DNA of 64,000 nucleotides from an uncultured Aliarcobacter sp. (GTDB lineage Bacteria > Campylobacterota > Campylobacteria > Campylobacterales > Arcobacteraceae), in the NCBI GenBank assembly GCA_963677435.1, contig OY781945.1, positions 352,001 to 416,000 of the forward strand, written 5' to 3'. The notes under the pieces are model-generated. The model was not told where the DNA came from and did no database searches. It saw only the letters and a program-made list of their open reading frames with translations. A program made the translations under genes and the position numbers. Below, one piece after another: positions 10,040 to 18,660 of the stretch. Positions within the stretch are counted from its first letter, which is position 1; every line of letters starts with the position of its first letter.

Positions 10040-11041
10040 TTAACGAAGTAATGTGTTGAATTTTTTCATCCACAATGGCCAAGATTTTAGATAATCAAGT
10101 TCAATACTTCTTTGTCTTAAATCTTGAATAATCATAACAGAAAACTCTCCTGGAAGATTTAGGGAGTAATTTAGAAGATTTTCTAACTCTTTTGTTCTTG
10201 TATCTTCTGAAATTCTAATTGCTAAGGCTGTACAAAGTATATGTAAAGCAGAAGTATCTGTTGGGAACTCTTTTTCAGTTCCATCTAGGATTCCATCAAT
10301 ATTTGGAAGATCTTTGATAACTGCTTTAAAACCTAAAAATGAAGCTGCTAACTCTTCACCAATTGCTCCACTAATTAGTGCCATTATCAAATCATCTTCA
10401 GGAGTTGATAATAGAACTTCATTTACATAATGCCAAGTTCTAGGAGTTGCAAAGGCTTTTGTATCACTTTGAGTATTAAAAGTAAACAAAGCATCAGGTC
10501 TATATGAGATAAATGAGATTATAGATAAATCAATATTATTATTTATGGCCCAAGCTCTCCAGTCATCAACGCTTACTTCCATATCAAGGTGAATAAATCT
10601 ATTTGCAAGTGGTGCTGCCATTCTAAAAACTACACCTCTATCACTTTCTCTATTTCCAGCTGCAACTATTGACCAACCATCAGGAAGAGTGTATTCACCG
10701 ATTTTTCTATCAAGAATCAATTGATAAGCAGAAGCTTGAACCATTGGAGCTGCTGTATTTAACTCATCTAAAAATAGAATTCCCTCTTTAATACTACCAT
10801 CTGGTAAAAATGAAGCTGGTGCCCAAATAGCTGTTTGATTAACTGCATCAAAAAATGGGATTCCTCTTAAATCTGTAGGGTCAAGTAAAGATAGCCGTAA
10901 ATCTATACATGCTATTCCTTTTTCCTTTGCAATTTGAGCAATGATTGAAGATTTTCCAATACCAGGAGGTCCCCATAAGAATATAGGTACTTTTCTTTCA
11001 CATAGGTGTTCTATTGAGCGTTTTATTTTCTGTGGATTCAT
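10040..11041 (-). CDS. MoxR-family AAA+ ATPase
   Basis: Walker A GPPGIGKS, Walker B ILFLDE, AAGNR, LANRF, ATPRTW. Confidence 0.9.
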   Translation of the reverse strand: MNPQKIKRSIEHLCERKVPIFLWGPPGIGKSSIIAQIAKEKGIACIDLRLSLLDPTDLRGIPFFDAVNQTAIWAPASFLPDGSIKEGILFLDELNTAAPMVQASAYQLILDRKIGEYTLPDGWSIVAAGNRESDRGVVFRMAAPLANRFIHLDMEVSVDDWRAWAINNNIDLSIISFISYRPDALFTFNTQSDTKAFATPRTWHYVNEVLLSTPEDDLIMALISGAIGEELAASFLGFKAVIKDLPNIDGILDGTEKEFPTDTSALHILCTALAIRISEDTRTKELENLLNYSLNLPGEFSVMIIQDLRQRSIELDYLKSWPLWMKKFNTLLR

Positions 11042-11069
11042 GTATATCCTTTATTTATGGGATATGTAT

Positions 11070-11085
11070 TGCAATTAACGTTCCT
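11070..11085 (-). promoter_or_regulatory. Candidate sigma-54 (-24/-12) promoter
   Basis: Minus strand AGGAACGTTAATTGCA = GG-N10-GC, about 30 bp upstream of the AAA start with AAGGA RBS between. Confidence 0.6.
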
Positions 11086-11137
11086 TGTATTTGAAAGAGT
11101 CTATTAGCTATAATCAAAAAAACTTTTAGGGATAGAT

Positions 11138-12364
11138 TTGAAAATAGCAATAATAGGAGCAGGAGCAGCAGGAATAATTGCCGCCATTACTGCCAAAAGA
11201 TTAAACAAAAATTTACATATAGATTTATTTGATGCAAACAAAGGTATAGGGAAAAAGATACTTGCAAGTGGAAATGGAAGATGTAATATCTCAAACAATC
11301 AAATAACTTCAAAAAACTATCTAGGAGAAAATCCAGACTTTACAAGTTTTGCACTAAAAGAGTTTGATTTCAAAGCCTTTGAAAAGTTCTGCAAAAGCAT
11401 AGGACTTTTACTAGATATAAAACCAAGTGGAAAAGTATATCCTCTATCAAATGAAGCAAAATCAGTAACTAATCTTTTGGAGTTAGCATTACAAGAACTA
11501 GGTGTGAATATATATTTAGAATCAATGATAATAGACATTGAAAAAGTAGAAGACAAGTTTAATATCAAAACTCAAGAGAATGAATATAAAGCATATGATA
11601 AAGTTCTAATCTCAAATGGTTTAGGTGCAGCCCCACAATTAAATGCAAATGAAAGCGGTTTAGACTTCGCCTCAAAATTTGGACATAGCTTCAATCCAAC
11701 ATACCCTTCCCTTGTAGGATTAAAAACTGATAATACCTATAATGGAAAACTACAAGGTGTAAAAAAAGAGTGTAATGTTAACCTATATGTAAATGGAAAT
11801 TTAGAGCAAGAGATTTTTGGAGATGTACTATTCACAAGTTATGGAGTTTCAGGTTTTGCAATATTAGATATATCACAACTAGCAGTTTTAAATCTAAGCC
11901 AATACCAAGATGTAAAAATAGCAATAAACTTCTTCCCAAAAATAAACAGAAATGACCTAGGCGACCAAATCCAAACACTTTTCAAAACTATTCCAAGTCA
12001 AAAAGCCGTAGATATAATAACAGGAATGGTATCAAATAAAATTGCACCAGTTTTACTAGATATTTGCAAAATCAATATAGATACAAAAGCTGCTGATGTA
12101 AACGCAAAACAAATAAAAGCCTTAGCCTACCAGCTAAACCAATGGAAACTAAAAATAATAGACACCCAAGGTTTCGGACACGCAGAAGCCAGTGGTGGAG
12201 GTGTAAGAACCGCTGAGGTAGATAATAAAACTTATGAAAGTAAGCTAGTAAAAAATCTATACTTCGCAGGAGAAGTACTAGATATAGTAGGAAATAGGGG
12301 AGGTTTTAATCTTCAGTTTGCGTGGGCGAGTGGTTATTTGGTTGGGAAGAGTTTAGGAAAATAA
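11138..12364 (+). CDS. HI0933/BaiN-like NAD(P)/FAD-dependent oxidoreductase
   Basis: GAGAAG, KILASGNGRCN, LYFAGEVLD...GGFNLQFAWASG. Confidence 0.92.
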   Translation: MKIAIIGAGAAGIIAAITAKRLNKNLHIDLFDANKGIGKKILASGNGRCNISNNQITSKNYLGENPDFTSFALKEFDFKAFEKFCKSIGLLLDIKPSGKVYPLSNEAKSVTNLLELALQELGVNIYLESMIIDIEKVEDKFNIKTQENEYKAYDKVLISNGLGAAPQLNANESGLDFASKFGHSFNPTYPSLVGLKTDNTYNGKLQGVKKECNVNLYVNGNLEQEIFGDVLFTSYGVSGFAILDISQLAVLNLSQYQDVKIAINFFPKINRNDLGDQIQTLFKTIPSQKAVDIITGMVSNKIAPVLLDICKINIDTKAADVNAKQIKALAYQLNQWKLKIIDTQGFGHAEASGGGVRTAEVDNKTYESKLVKNLYFAGEVLDIVGNRGGFNLQFAWASGYLVGKSLGK

Positions 12365-12483
12365 AATAGTAACTTTTGTCAAATTTCGGCGTTATCGTCG
12401 AAATTGAAATAGTCACATACTGGAGTATGCTCCCATTCCAATTTCTCCTCTGGCCTTGAACTTTAACAAAATTTACTATTTTA
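12362..12483. mobile_element. 122-bp ERIC-like palindromic miniature element (MITE)
   Basis: 26-bp imperfect terminal inverted repeats (3 mismatches), TA at both ends, central AGTCACATACTGGAGTATGCTCC hairpin. Confidence 0.7.
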
Positions 12484-12493
12484 AGGAGTAAGT

Positions 12494-13096
12494 ATGGTAG
12501 ATGAAGAATTAATTAAAAAATCAAAAGAATATGTTGAAAAGATTTATTGTATTTTAGATGGTAGAAAAATTAAAAAAGATAAATTAAGAGAATTCATTGT
12601 TGCGGGTTTTTTATCTATATCGCGAGACCATCACTGTGCAATAATTTCACTTCTAGAAAAAGGTATTTATAGTTCAAGTTTTGCTTTATTAAGACCTTTA
12701 ATTGATACAATCTATAGAGGACTCTGGGTTTCTCAAGTCGCATCAGAAGAAGAAATCGAAAAAATATATTCTACAGAATATAAATTTGAAACAAGCACTT
12801 TCAAATATGTAGATAAGATTGATAAAGAAAATAATACAAATGTTTTTCATAAAAAATATAAACAAATGGCACCTTTCTTACACGATATGACACATGGTGG
12901 AATAGGGCAATTAGCAAGACAATTTAGTGAAAATGGAGATTTTATACAATCTAACTTTAGTGAAAATGATTTAAAGAATTTAATTAATCATATTAATGCA
13001 CATATTGCAATTTTTTTATACGATTACAATAGATATCAAACTGATAATGAATTAGAAAGTCTTGCAAAAAAGATTTTAAATATTGAGGAAGAATAA
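12494..13096 (+). CDS. Hypothetical protein, possibly DUF5677/DUF6988-like all-alpha family
   Basis: AAGGAG RBS; ALLRPLIDTIYRGLW and HDMTHGG motifs; family call is from memory. Confidence 0.6.
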   Translation: MVDEELIKKSKEYVEKIYCILDGRKIKKDKLREFIVAGFLSISRDHHCAIISLLEKGIYSSSFALLRPLIDTIYRGLWVSQVASEEEIEKIYSTEYKFETSTFKYVDKIDKENNTNVFHKKYKQMAPFLHDMTHGGIGQLARQFSENGDFIQSNFSENDLKNLINHINAHIAIFLYDYNRYQTDNELESLAKKILNIEEE

Positions 13097-13102
13097 AAGG
13101 GA

Positions 13103-13294
13103 TTAAAACCTCTCCCTCAAAACAACCAATTTCCTAATCTTCCCAAACTCAAAAACACCCTTATCACAATGAACTCTATTTTCATCATCCATCTTTAAAG
13201 CTTTGACATTCTTATAACTTTTATCTTCGTAAGTAAAACTAATATAGTTTTTATCAACAATAGCTTTTTGTAAAAATCTAAATTCTATATTCAT
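13103..13294 (-). CDS. Small protein resembling a minimal WYL-like domain
   Basis: LQKAI...ISFTY...FEFGKIRKLVVLRERF matches both ends of the WYL fold pattern. Confidence 0.55.
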   Translation of the reverse strand: MNIEFRFLQKAIVDKNYISFTYEDKSYKNVKALKMDDENRVHCDKGVFEFGKIRKLVVLRERF

Positions 13295-13328
13295 TTTGAG
13301 TTCTTTTTCTTGAGTTGGAAGTAGTATA

Positions 13329-13357
13329 AAAAGATGAAAGGAAAACTTCCATCTTTT
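13329..13357 (-). terminator. Intrinsic terminator-like hairpin
   Basis: AAAAGATGAAAG...CTTCCATCTTTT inverted repeat downstream of 13371..13709. Confidence 0.5.
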
Positions 13358-13370
13358 AAAAAAAGTGAGA

Positions 13371-13709
13371 TTATTTTGCCATAACTTTTTCGCTACAAAC
13401 AGTAATAGCTTGTTTTACAATGCTACTATCAATATTTGCATATGATTGAATAGATGAAGCTTTTTCACATAATTCTTTTGCTTTATCCATAGATGAAATA
13501 ACTGTATTATTTGATTTTACAGTTGTTGCTAATTTATCACCTAAAGCATCTGGAGTTAAACCTAAAGATTCACCAGCTGTTTTTGTTAATGATTTTGTAT
13601 CAGTATTACCATTTAAAGCTGAAGTTCCTACATTTTTTAAAGCTCCACCAACATCAAATGCTAAAAGTGCAGAAATAGATAATGCAGTTGCTAAAACGAT
13701 TTTTTTCAT
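13371..13709 (-). CDS. Secreted hypothetical protein
   Basis: Signal peptide MKKIVLATALSISALLA; AAGGA RBS; Cys pair. Confidence 0.75.
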   Translation of the reverse strand: MKKIVLATALSISALLAFDVGGALKNVGTSALNGNTDTKSLTKTAGESLGLTPDALGDKLATTVKSNNTVISSMDKAKELCEKASSIQSYANIDSSIVKQAITVCSEKVMAK

Positions 13710-13752
13710 ATATATAATCCTTAAAATAATGTGGCGGATTATATCATTTTAT

Positions 13753-14592
13753 CTAGGAATTTGACCTTGCCCAAGATATGATTTTTCTATCTTCTTGAAT
13801 TATATGATGAACTAAAGCAATATCAATAATTTTTGCTAACTCTTTTTCAAAGACACTTTCATCTATTGTAGGTAATTTTTTTACAAAAGAATTTATCTTT
13901 TCAATAATATCATGGTGTAAAACTTTATGTTCTTCTATCAAAGGATAATTTATCTCTTGCATATATTTTTCTTCATGTTTAAAATGAGATTTCATATAAG
14001 TGTATAAATCAGTTAGAACTTCTTTGATTTTTGCATTTCTCAAGTTTGGTTCTACCTCTTTAAAAGCCTCTTCTGCTATATCAAAAAGCTTTTTGTGTTC
14101 TTTGTCAATCTCTTTATTACCAACACTATAAATCTCTTTCCAACCAAAATTTCTTTTTAAATCAGCAAGAGAAGTATTCCAAAGTTGGATTTTTTTGTCT
14201 TCTAAAACTATATGTCTTATAAAATATTCATCAATAAAATTAAGAAGAGATTTTTCGATTTCTGGCAACTCTAATTTTCCCAATTCGGAGATTAGCGTTG
14301 TTAACATATTTAACATGTTTTTATGAAGAAGTTTGTGGTTATTTAGTTCTGGATAAGAGATTTCTTCCATATATTTTTGCTCATTTGAGAAATGAGTTCT
14401 AACATAATCAAAAAGTTTTGTTATTATATCTTTTAGTTTACTTTTTACCTTATCATCATCTTTTAATTTTGAAATACTCATAGCTTCTCGTGCTATTGTG
14501 AAGAGTTTTTGATGTTCCTTATCAATTATGAAATTATTGATATTGTATTCTGATTTCCAAATTACTGTATTTGAATTTAACTTGATCCTCAT
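13753..14592 (-). CDS. Tandem two-domain bacteriohemerythrin
   Basis: Two copies of IDKEH...HFxxE...HKxLH...HIxxED. Confidence 0.92.
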   Translation of the reverse strand: MRIKLNSNTVIWKSEYNINNFIIDKEHQKLFTIAREAMSISKLKDDDKVKSKLKDIITKLFDYVRTHFSNEQKYMEEISYPELNNHKLLHKNMLNMLTTLISELGKLELPEIEKSLLNFIDEYFIRHIVLEDKKIQLWNTSLADLKRNFGWKEIYSVGNKEIDKEHKKLFDIAEEAFKEVEPNLRNAKIKEVLTDLYTYMKSHFKHEEKYMQEINYPLIEEHKVLHHDIIEKINSFVKKLPTIDESVFEKELAKIIDIALVHHIIQEDRKIISWARSNS

Positions 14593-14703
14593 GATAACCT
14601 TATGTATTTTTTTATTACTTCAATTATAGATTTAAATTATTAATACAAGCTTTATTTTATGAAAATTTACTATAATACGGGAAAAAACAGGAAGCATTTT
14701 CAC

Positions 14704-15087
14704 ATGAGCAATATAGAATTAATAGAAAAACCAACAACACCAGAACAAGAGAAGTTAGTACAATCACAATTTAATACAAATGTAGCATTTTTCATCCATT
14801 TAAAAGCATATAATAATAGCGTAAGAGAAGAATTAGAAAAAAGATTAACAGAAGTTTTCTTCTTTTCAAGGGGAATTGACTGGAAATTTGATAGCTTTGG
14901 AATAGAAAAAACAGGTTCAAGGGGAACAGATATTTTAGGATATTTTATTTTTAGAGCAGTTGAAGTTGAAAAATTACAAAAATTATTCATTGATGAATTT
15001 AAAGATTATGATAATGCTATAAAAATTACATGTTCAGTATCAAAATATGAAAAAGTTGAAGAGAGCTTTTTTGAGTTAGATATATAA
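14704..15087 (+). CDS. Hypothetical protein
   Basis: Likely start ATG 14704 (AGGA upstream); followed by a hairpin. Confidence 0.65.
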   Translation: MSNIELIEKPTTPEQEKLVQSQFNTNVAFFIHLKAYNNSVREELEKRLTEVFFFSRGIDWKFDSFGIEKTGSRGTDILGYFIFRAVEVEKLQKLFIDEFKDYDNAIKITCSVSKYEKVEESFFELDI

Positions 15088-15111
15088 AAGTTTAGGAAAA
15101 TCCTAAACTTT
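15087..15111. terminator. Hairpin between convergent genes
   Basis: AAAGTTTAGGA-aaa-TCCTAAACTTT perfect 11-bp stem. Confidence 0.65.
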
Positions 15112-15173
15112 AATTAACAAGAGTTATTACAAAACTCATTTGAAATGTAAAACAAGTCTTTCATCTTTTCTTT

Positions 15174-16325
15174 TTATTTATAAGTTCTAATAATCAAAAA
15201 TGAGATTATAGAAATAATAGTGATACTTAAAGATATTGGTAAAAAAGTATCATTATGAAAACTAAGAGCTATTGATGAAACAATCGCACCTAATCCAAAC
15301 TGTAAAACGCCAATTACACCAGATGCAACTCCAGCATTTTTTTGAAAATGTTCTAAAGATAAAGACATACAATTTCCAAAAATAAATGCCATCATACTCA
15401 TGTATGTAGCGATTAAAATCATTGTCAAAATTAAACTGATATTTTCTTGATTTAAAATAAAAATTATACTGGCAATAATCTGAATTAAAATAGCAACTTT
15501 TACAAGTGATAAATCATTATATTTTTTTAATAAATTGATATTAACTTTTATCATTAGCATCATTAAAATAAAATTTATTCCAAAGAAAAAAGGAAAATAA
15601 TCTGTTGAGATTTTAAAATACTCTATATAGATAAATGAACTTTTTGCGATAATTATGAAAAAACCACCAAAACTAAATCCAAGTGTAATCATTGCTTTCA
15701 TAGCTGCTTTATGGCTTAATACTATTTTGTAAGATTCCCAAATATTTTGTTTAACATAAGTGTAACTTTCAGGTAAATCTTTATATACAAAAAATGCTAC
15801 AACTAAAGCATAAAGAGTTAAAAATATAAATACAGCTTCCCAATCAAAGAAATGAACAATAGCTGCACCAATGGTTGGTGCGACTAATGGGGCAATACTT
15901 CTTACTATTCCCATAAGTGAAAATACTTTTGCTGCTTCTGCTCCATGAAATCTATCTCTTACAGCAGCAGCTGCATTTACAATAACAACTCCTCCAAAAA
16001 ATGCTTCAAAAAATCTGTAAACCCATAACTCATATATATTTGTACTAAAGATGATGATAAAACTAAATAAAGCATAACCTAAAAGACCAAAAATTGAACT
16101 ATTTTTCCTCCCGTATTTATCAGAAATTGGTCCCCCAAAGATTTGTCCTACTGCTAAACCAATTAAAAAAATAGATAATGATAATTCGATTTTATCGATA
16201 CTAACAAAAAGTGATTTGGCTATTTGTGGTATTGAAGGTAAATAAGTATCAACTCCAATTGGTGCAACAGAAGATAAAATTGATAATAAAATTATTAGAT
16301 ATATGTGATTGATTGATTTTTTCAT
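15174..16325 (-). CDS. Bcr/CflA-family multidrug MFS transporter
   Basis: DTYLPSIP, GQIFGGPISDKYGRK, 12-TM pattern. Confidence 0.9.
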   Translation of the reverse strand: MKKSINHIYLIILLSILSSVAPIGVDTYLPSIPQIAKSLFVSIDKIELSLSIFLIGLAVGQIFGGPISDKYGRKNSSIFGLLGYALFSFIIIFSTNIYELWVYRFFEAFFGGVVIVNAAAAVRDRFHGAEAAKVFSLMGIVRSIAPLVAPTIGAAIVHFFDWEAVFIFLTLYALVVAFFVYKDLPESYTYVKQNIWESYKIVLSHKAAMKAMITLGFSFGGFFIIIAKSSFIYIEYFKISTDYFPFFFGINFILMMLMIKVNINLLKKYNDLSLVKVAILIQIIASIIFILNQENISLILTMILIATYMSMMAFIFGNCMSLSLEHFQKNAGVASGVIGVLQFGLGAIVSSIALSFHNDTFLPISLSITIISIISFLIIRTYK

Positions 16326-16750
16326 TACAATTCTTCAACATTTGTTGCAACTTTTTCAAGTAAATTTATAAGTAAATTAACTTCTGAATCTTCTAGATTT
16401 GAGAATAAGAAATCTCGGAACTCTTTTACTTGATTTGCACTTTTTTCTAAAATCTCTTCACCTAATTGTGTAAGTTCAATTAAGTTCGTTCTTCTATCTA
16501 TTTGTTTTTTTAAGATAAAACCTTTTTTCTCTAAAGTAGCAAGAGTCCTACTTATTGTAGTTTTATCTTTTCCTAATATATTTGCTATTTTTGTTTGATT
16601 TACCTCTTCTTCATATTTTATAATTTCTAAAGTTGCCCTTTGTTCAGGAGCTATATGAAAAGAGTGAAGTAGTTGAGTAAATTTATTATTTATTTTATTT
16701 GCAGTTTGATTTATTTTAAAACCAACTGATCTTTCTAATCCATAAGTCAT
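16325..16750 (-). CDS. MarR-family regulator
   Basis: wHTH DKTTISRTLATLEKKGFI...DRR...LT..G; coupled to the MFS gene. Confidence 0.9.
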   Translation of the reverse strand: MTYGLERSVGFKINQTANKINNKFTQLLHSFHIAPEQRATLEIIKYEEEVNQTKIANILGKDKTTISRTLATLEKKGFILKKQIDRRTNLIELTQLGEEILEKSANQVKEFRDFLFSNLEDSEVNLLINLLEKVATNVEEL

Positions 16751-16762
16751 TATTATCCTTTA

Positions 16763-16791
16763 ATTGCATATGCAATAGTTGCATATACAAC
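16763..16791. promoter_or_regulatory. Tandem palindromic operator for the MarR regulator
   Basis: ATTGCATATGCAAT (16763-16776) and GTTGCATATACAAC (16778-16791) just upstream of the RBS. Confidence 0.7.
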
Positions 16792-16808
16792 CTTTAGGAA
16801 TAATTAAT

Positions 16809-17054
16809 CTAACATTTTATATCTGATGGATTAATATCATTTATCTTTAGAATTTTATCAAGTCTAATTTGAGTTCCATCACTTAGAATTAAAAATTCTT
16901 CTTTATTTTTTGTTTTGAAATCAACTATTAACTCTTCTATGAATAATTCATTTTCATTATCCATATAAAGAATTTTCGATTTAATTTTTTTTACTGCCAA
17001 CTCTTCTAACATATCATAGAATTGACAGCTTATTGTTTTATATGTATCACCCAT
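16809..17054 (-). CDS. Rho-binding antiterminator (Rof/YaeO-like)
   Basis: DTYKTISCQFYDMLEELA...EEFLIL...IRLDKI resembles Rof. Confidence 0.7.
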   Translation of the reverse strand: MGDTYKTISCQFYDMLEELAVKKIKSKILYMDNENELFIEELIVDFKTKNKEEFLILSDGTQIRLDKILKINDINPSDIKC

Positions 17055-17055
17055 G

Positions 17056-17718
17056 TTATTTGATGATTTCTATAATATCTAAAGGATGTTTTACAATAAA
17101 ATTTGCACCATGTTCTATTAGCTCTTTTTCATCTCTAAAACCCCATAAAACACCAATACTAATCATTCCTGCATTTTTTGCTGTTTGCATATCAACCATT
17201 GTATCTCCAATAAAATATATATCTTCACAAGGAGTGTTAAAACTATTTGCAATTTGAATTGCAGCTGTAGGATTAGGTTTTTTTTCAACATGAGATTTTT
17301 GACCATGAATCTCTTTTAAATTATATTTTGAGAATAAACTATTCACATGAGCAAGGGTTGCTTCATGGGGTTTGTTCGACAAAATACCAATTTGGCAATT
17401 TAATTTTACAAGTTCATCAAGTAAATCATAAATTCCTTCATAAGGTTTTGTTTTATCATGAAGTTTTAAATCATAAATTTTTTTAAATTTTTCAGAGATA
17501 GTCTCTTTTAGTTGTGTTTGTGAATCTACATTTAAATCTTTTAGAACATTATCAACTAAAACACTAACTCCACCACCAACAAAATATTTATAAGCATTTA
17601 TTTCATATGTTGGTAAGTCTAACTCTTTTAAAACTGTATTCATACAAAGTGCTATATCTTCAAGTGAATCAATAAGTGTTCCATCTAAATCAAATATTAT
17701 TGTTTTTTTAGTATTCAT
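17056..17718 (-). CDS. HAD-family hydrolase (phosphoglycolate phosphatase-like)
   Basis: FDLDGTLIDS, SNK, KKPNP, IGDTMVD. Confidence 0.9.
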   Translation of the reverse strand: MNTKKTIIFDLDGTLIDSLEDIALCMNTVLKELDLPTYEINAYKYFVGGGVSVLVDNVLKDLNVDSQTQLKETISEKFKKIYDLKLHDKTKPYEGIYDLLDELVKLNCQIGILSNKPHEATLAHVNSLFSKYNLKEIHGQKSHVEKKPNPTAAIQIANSFNTPCEDIYFIGDTMVDMQTAKNAGMISIGVLWGFRDEKELIEHGANFIVKHPLDIIEIIK

Positions 17719-17742
17719 TTTTTTCCTTTAAAAATTGGATGT

Positions 17743-18660
17743 TTACCATCCACCACTAGCTCCGCCACCACCGAAGCCTCCGCCACCACCACTAAAACCA
17801 CCACTTGAAGAACCGAAGCTTCCACCTGAAGATCCAAAACCTCCAAATCCAGATGAACTTCTTGAACTATTTGTGTAGTTAGTTGTTATTGGTTTATCAA
17901 AATCAATATTTCTGCTAGTTTTATAATTGAAAATATATACTAATATAAAAATAATTACAGCAACTAAGAAGTTATAAGTTGTAAATGTTTGGGACATAAT
18001 ATAACTAAAAAAAGCAAAAAATGATGATGCCATTGATGATTTAGTTACTTTATATAAAAATTGACTTCTTAGTTTTCTTGAAGCACTATTTACTAACATT
18101 GATAAAAACATTAAAGCAAAAAATCCAAGTGGAATAAAAGCGTTTATAGCTCCATTAAAATCATCACTTCTGGCTTTCGCAACATATTCACCTTTTATAG
18201 CTGAAATTATTTCATTTACAGCTTTTAAAATTCCCAATTCATATTGATTTGCTTTGAAATTTGGCTTTATCGTGTAGTTAATTATTTCATAAGCAATTTT
18301 ATCAGTTAATGCACCCTCAAGTCCATAACCAACTTCTATTCTAATCTTTTTTTCTTCCATAGAAATCACAAGTAAAACACCGTTGTTTTTATCTTTTTGT
18401 CCAATTCCCCAGAATCTTCCAAGTTGATATGAATACTCTTCAATTGTGTAACCGTTTAAAGAATTTAAAACCACAACAACAATTTGATTTGATGTTTTAT
18501 CTTCTTCTGTTTTTAATATTGAATCAATATCTTTTTTAACAGCAGGAGAGAGTAGATTTGCTTGGTCTATAACTCTTCCATCAAGTTTTGGAAAATATTG
18601 TGTAATATCTGCATTTAAAAAACTGAAAATAAAAAGTAAGACTAATATAATTTTTTTCAT
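17743..18660 (-). CDS. TPM-domain protein (YgcG-like) with Gly/Ser-rich tail
   Basis: IRIEVGYGLEG and C-terminal FSGGGGGFGGGGASGGW. Confidence 0.9.
   Translation of the reverse strand: MKKIILVLLFIFSFLNADITQYFPKLDGRVIDQANLLSPAVKKDIDSILKTEEDKTSNQIVVVVLNSLNGYTIEEYSYQLGRFWGIGQKDKNNGVLLVISMEEKKIRIEVGYGLEGALTDKIAYEIINYTIKPNFKANQYELGILKAVNEIISAIKGEYVAKARSDDFNGAINAFIPLGFFALMFLSMLVNSASRKLRSQFLYKVTKSSMASSFFAFFSYIMSQTFTTYNFLVAVIIFILVYIFNYKTSRNIDFDKPITTNYTNSSRSSSGFGGFGSSGGSFGSSSGGFSGGGGGFGGGGASGGW

Noticed and set aside
12362..13096. Integron attC site with gene cassette
   Set aside because: The palindrome lacks RYYYAAC/GTTRRRY ends and no integrase is present; a MITE fits better.
17743..17870. GC-rich low-complexity CCACC/GAAG repeats
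   Set aside because: They encode the normal Gly/Ser-rich tail of TPM/YgcG proteins.
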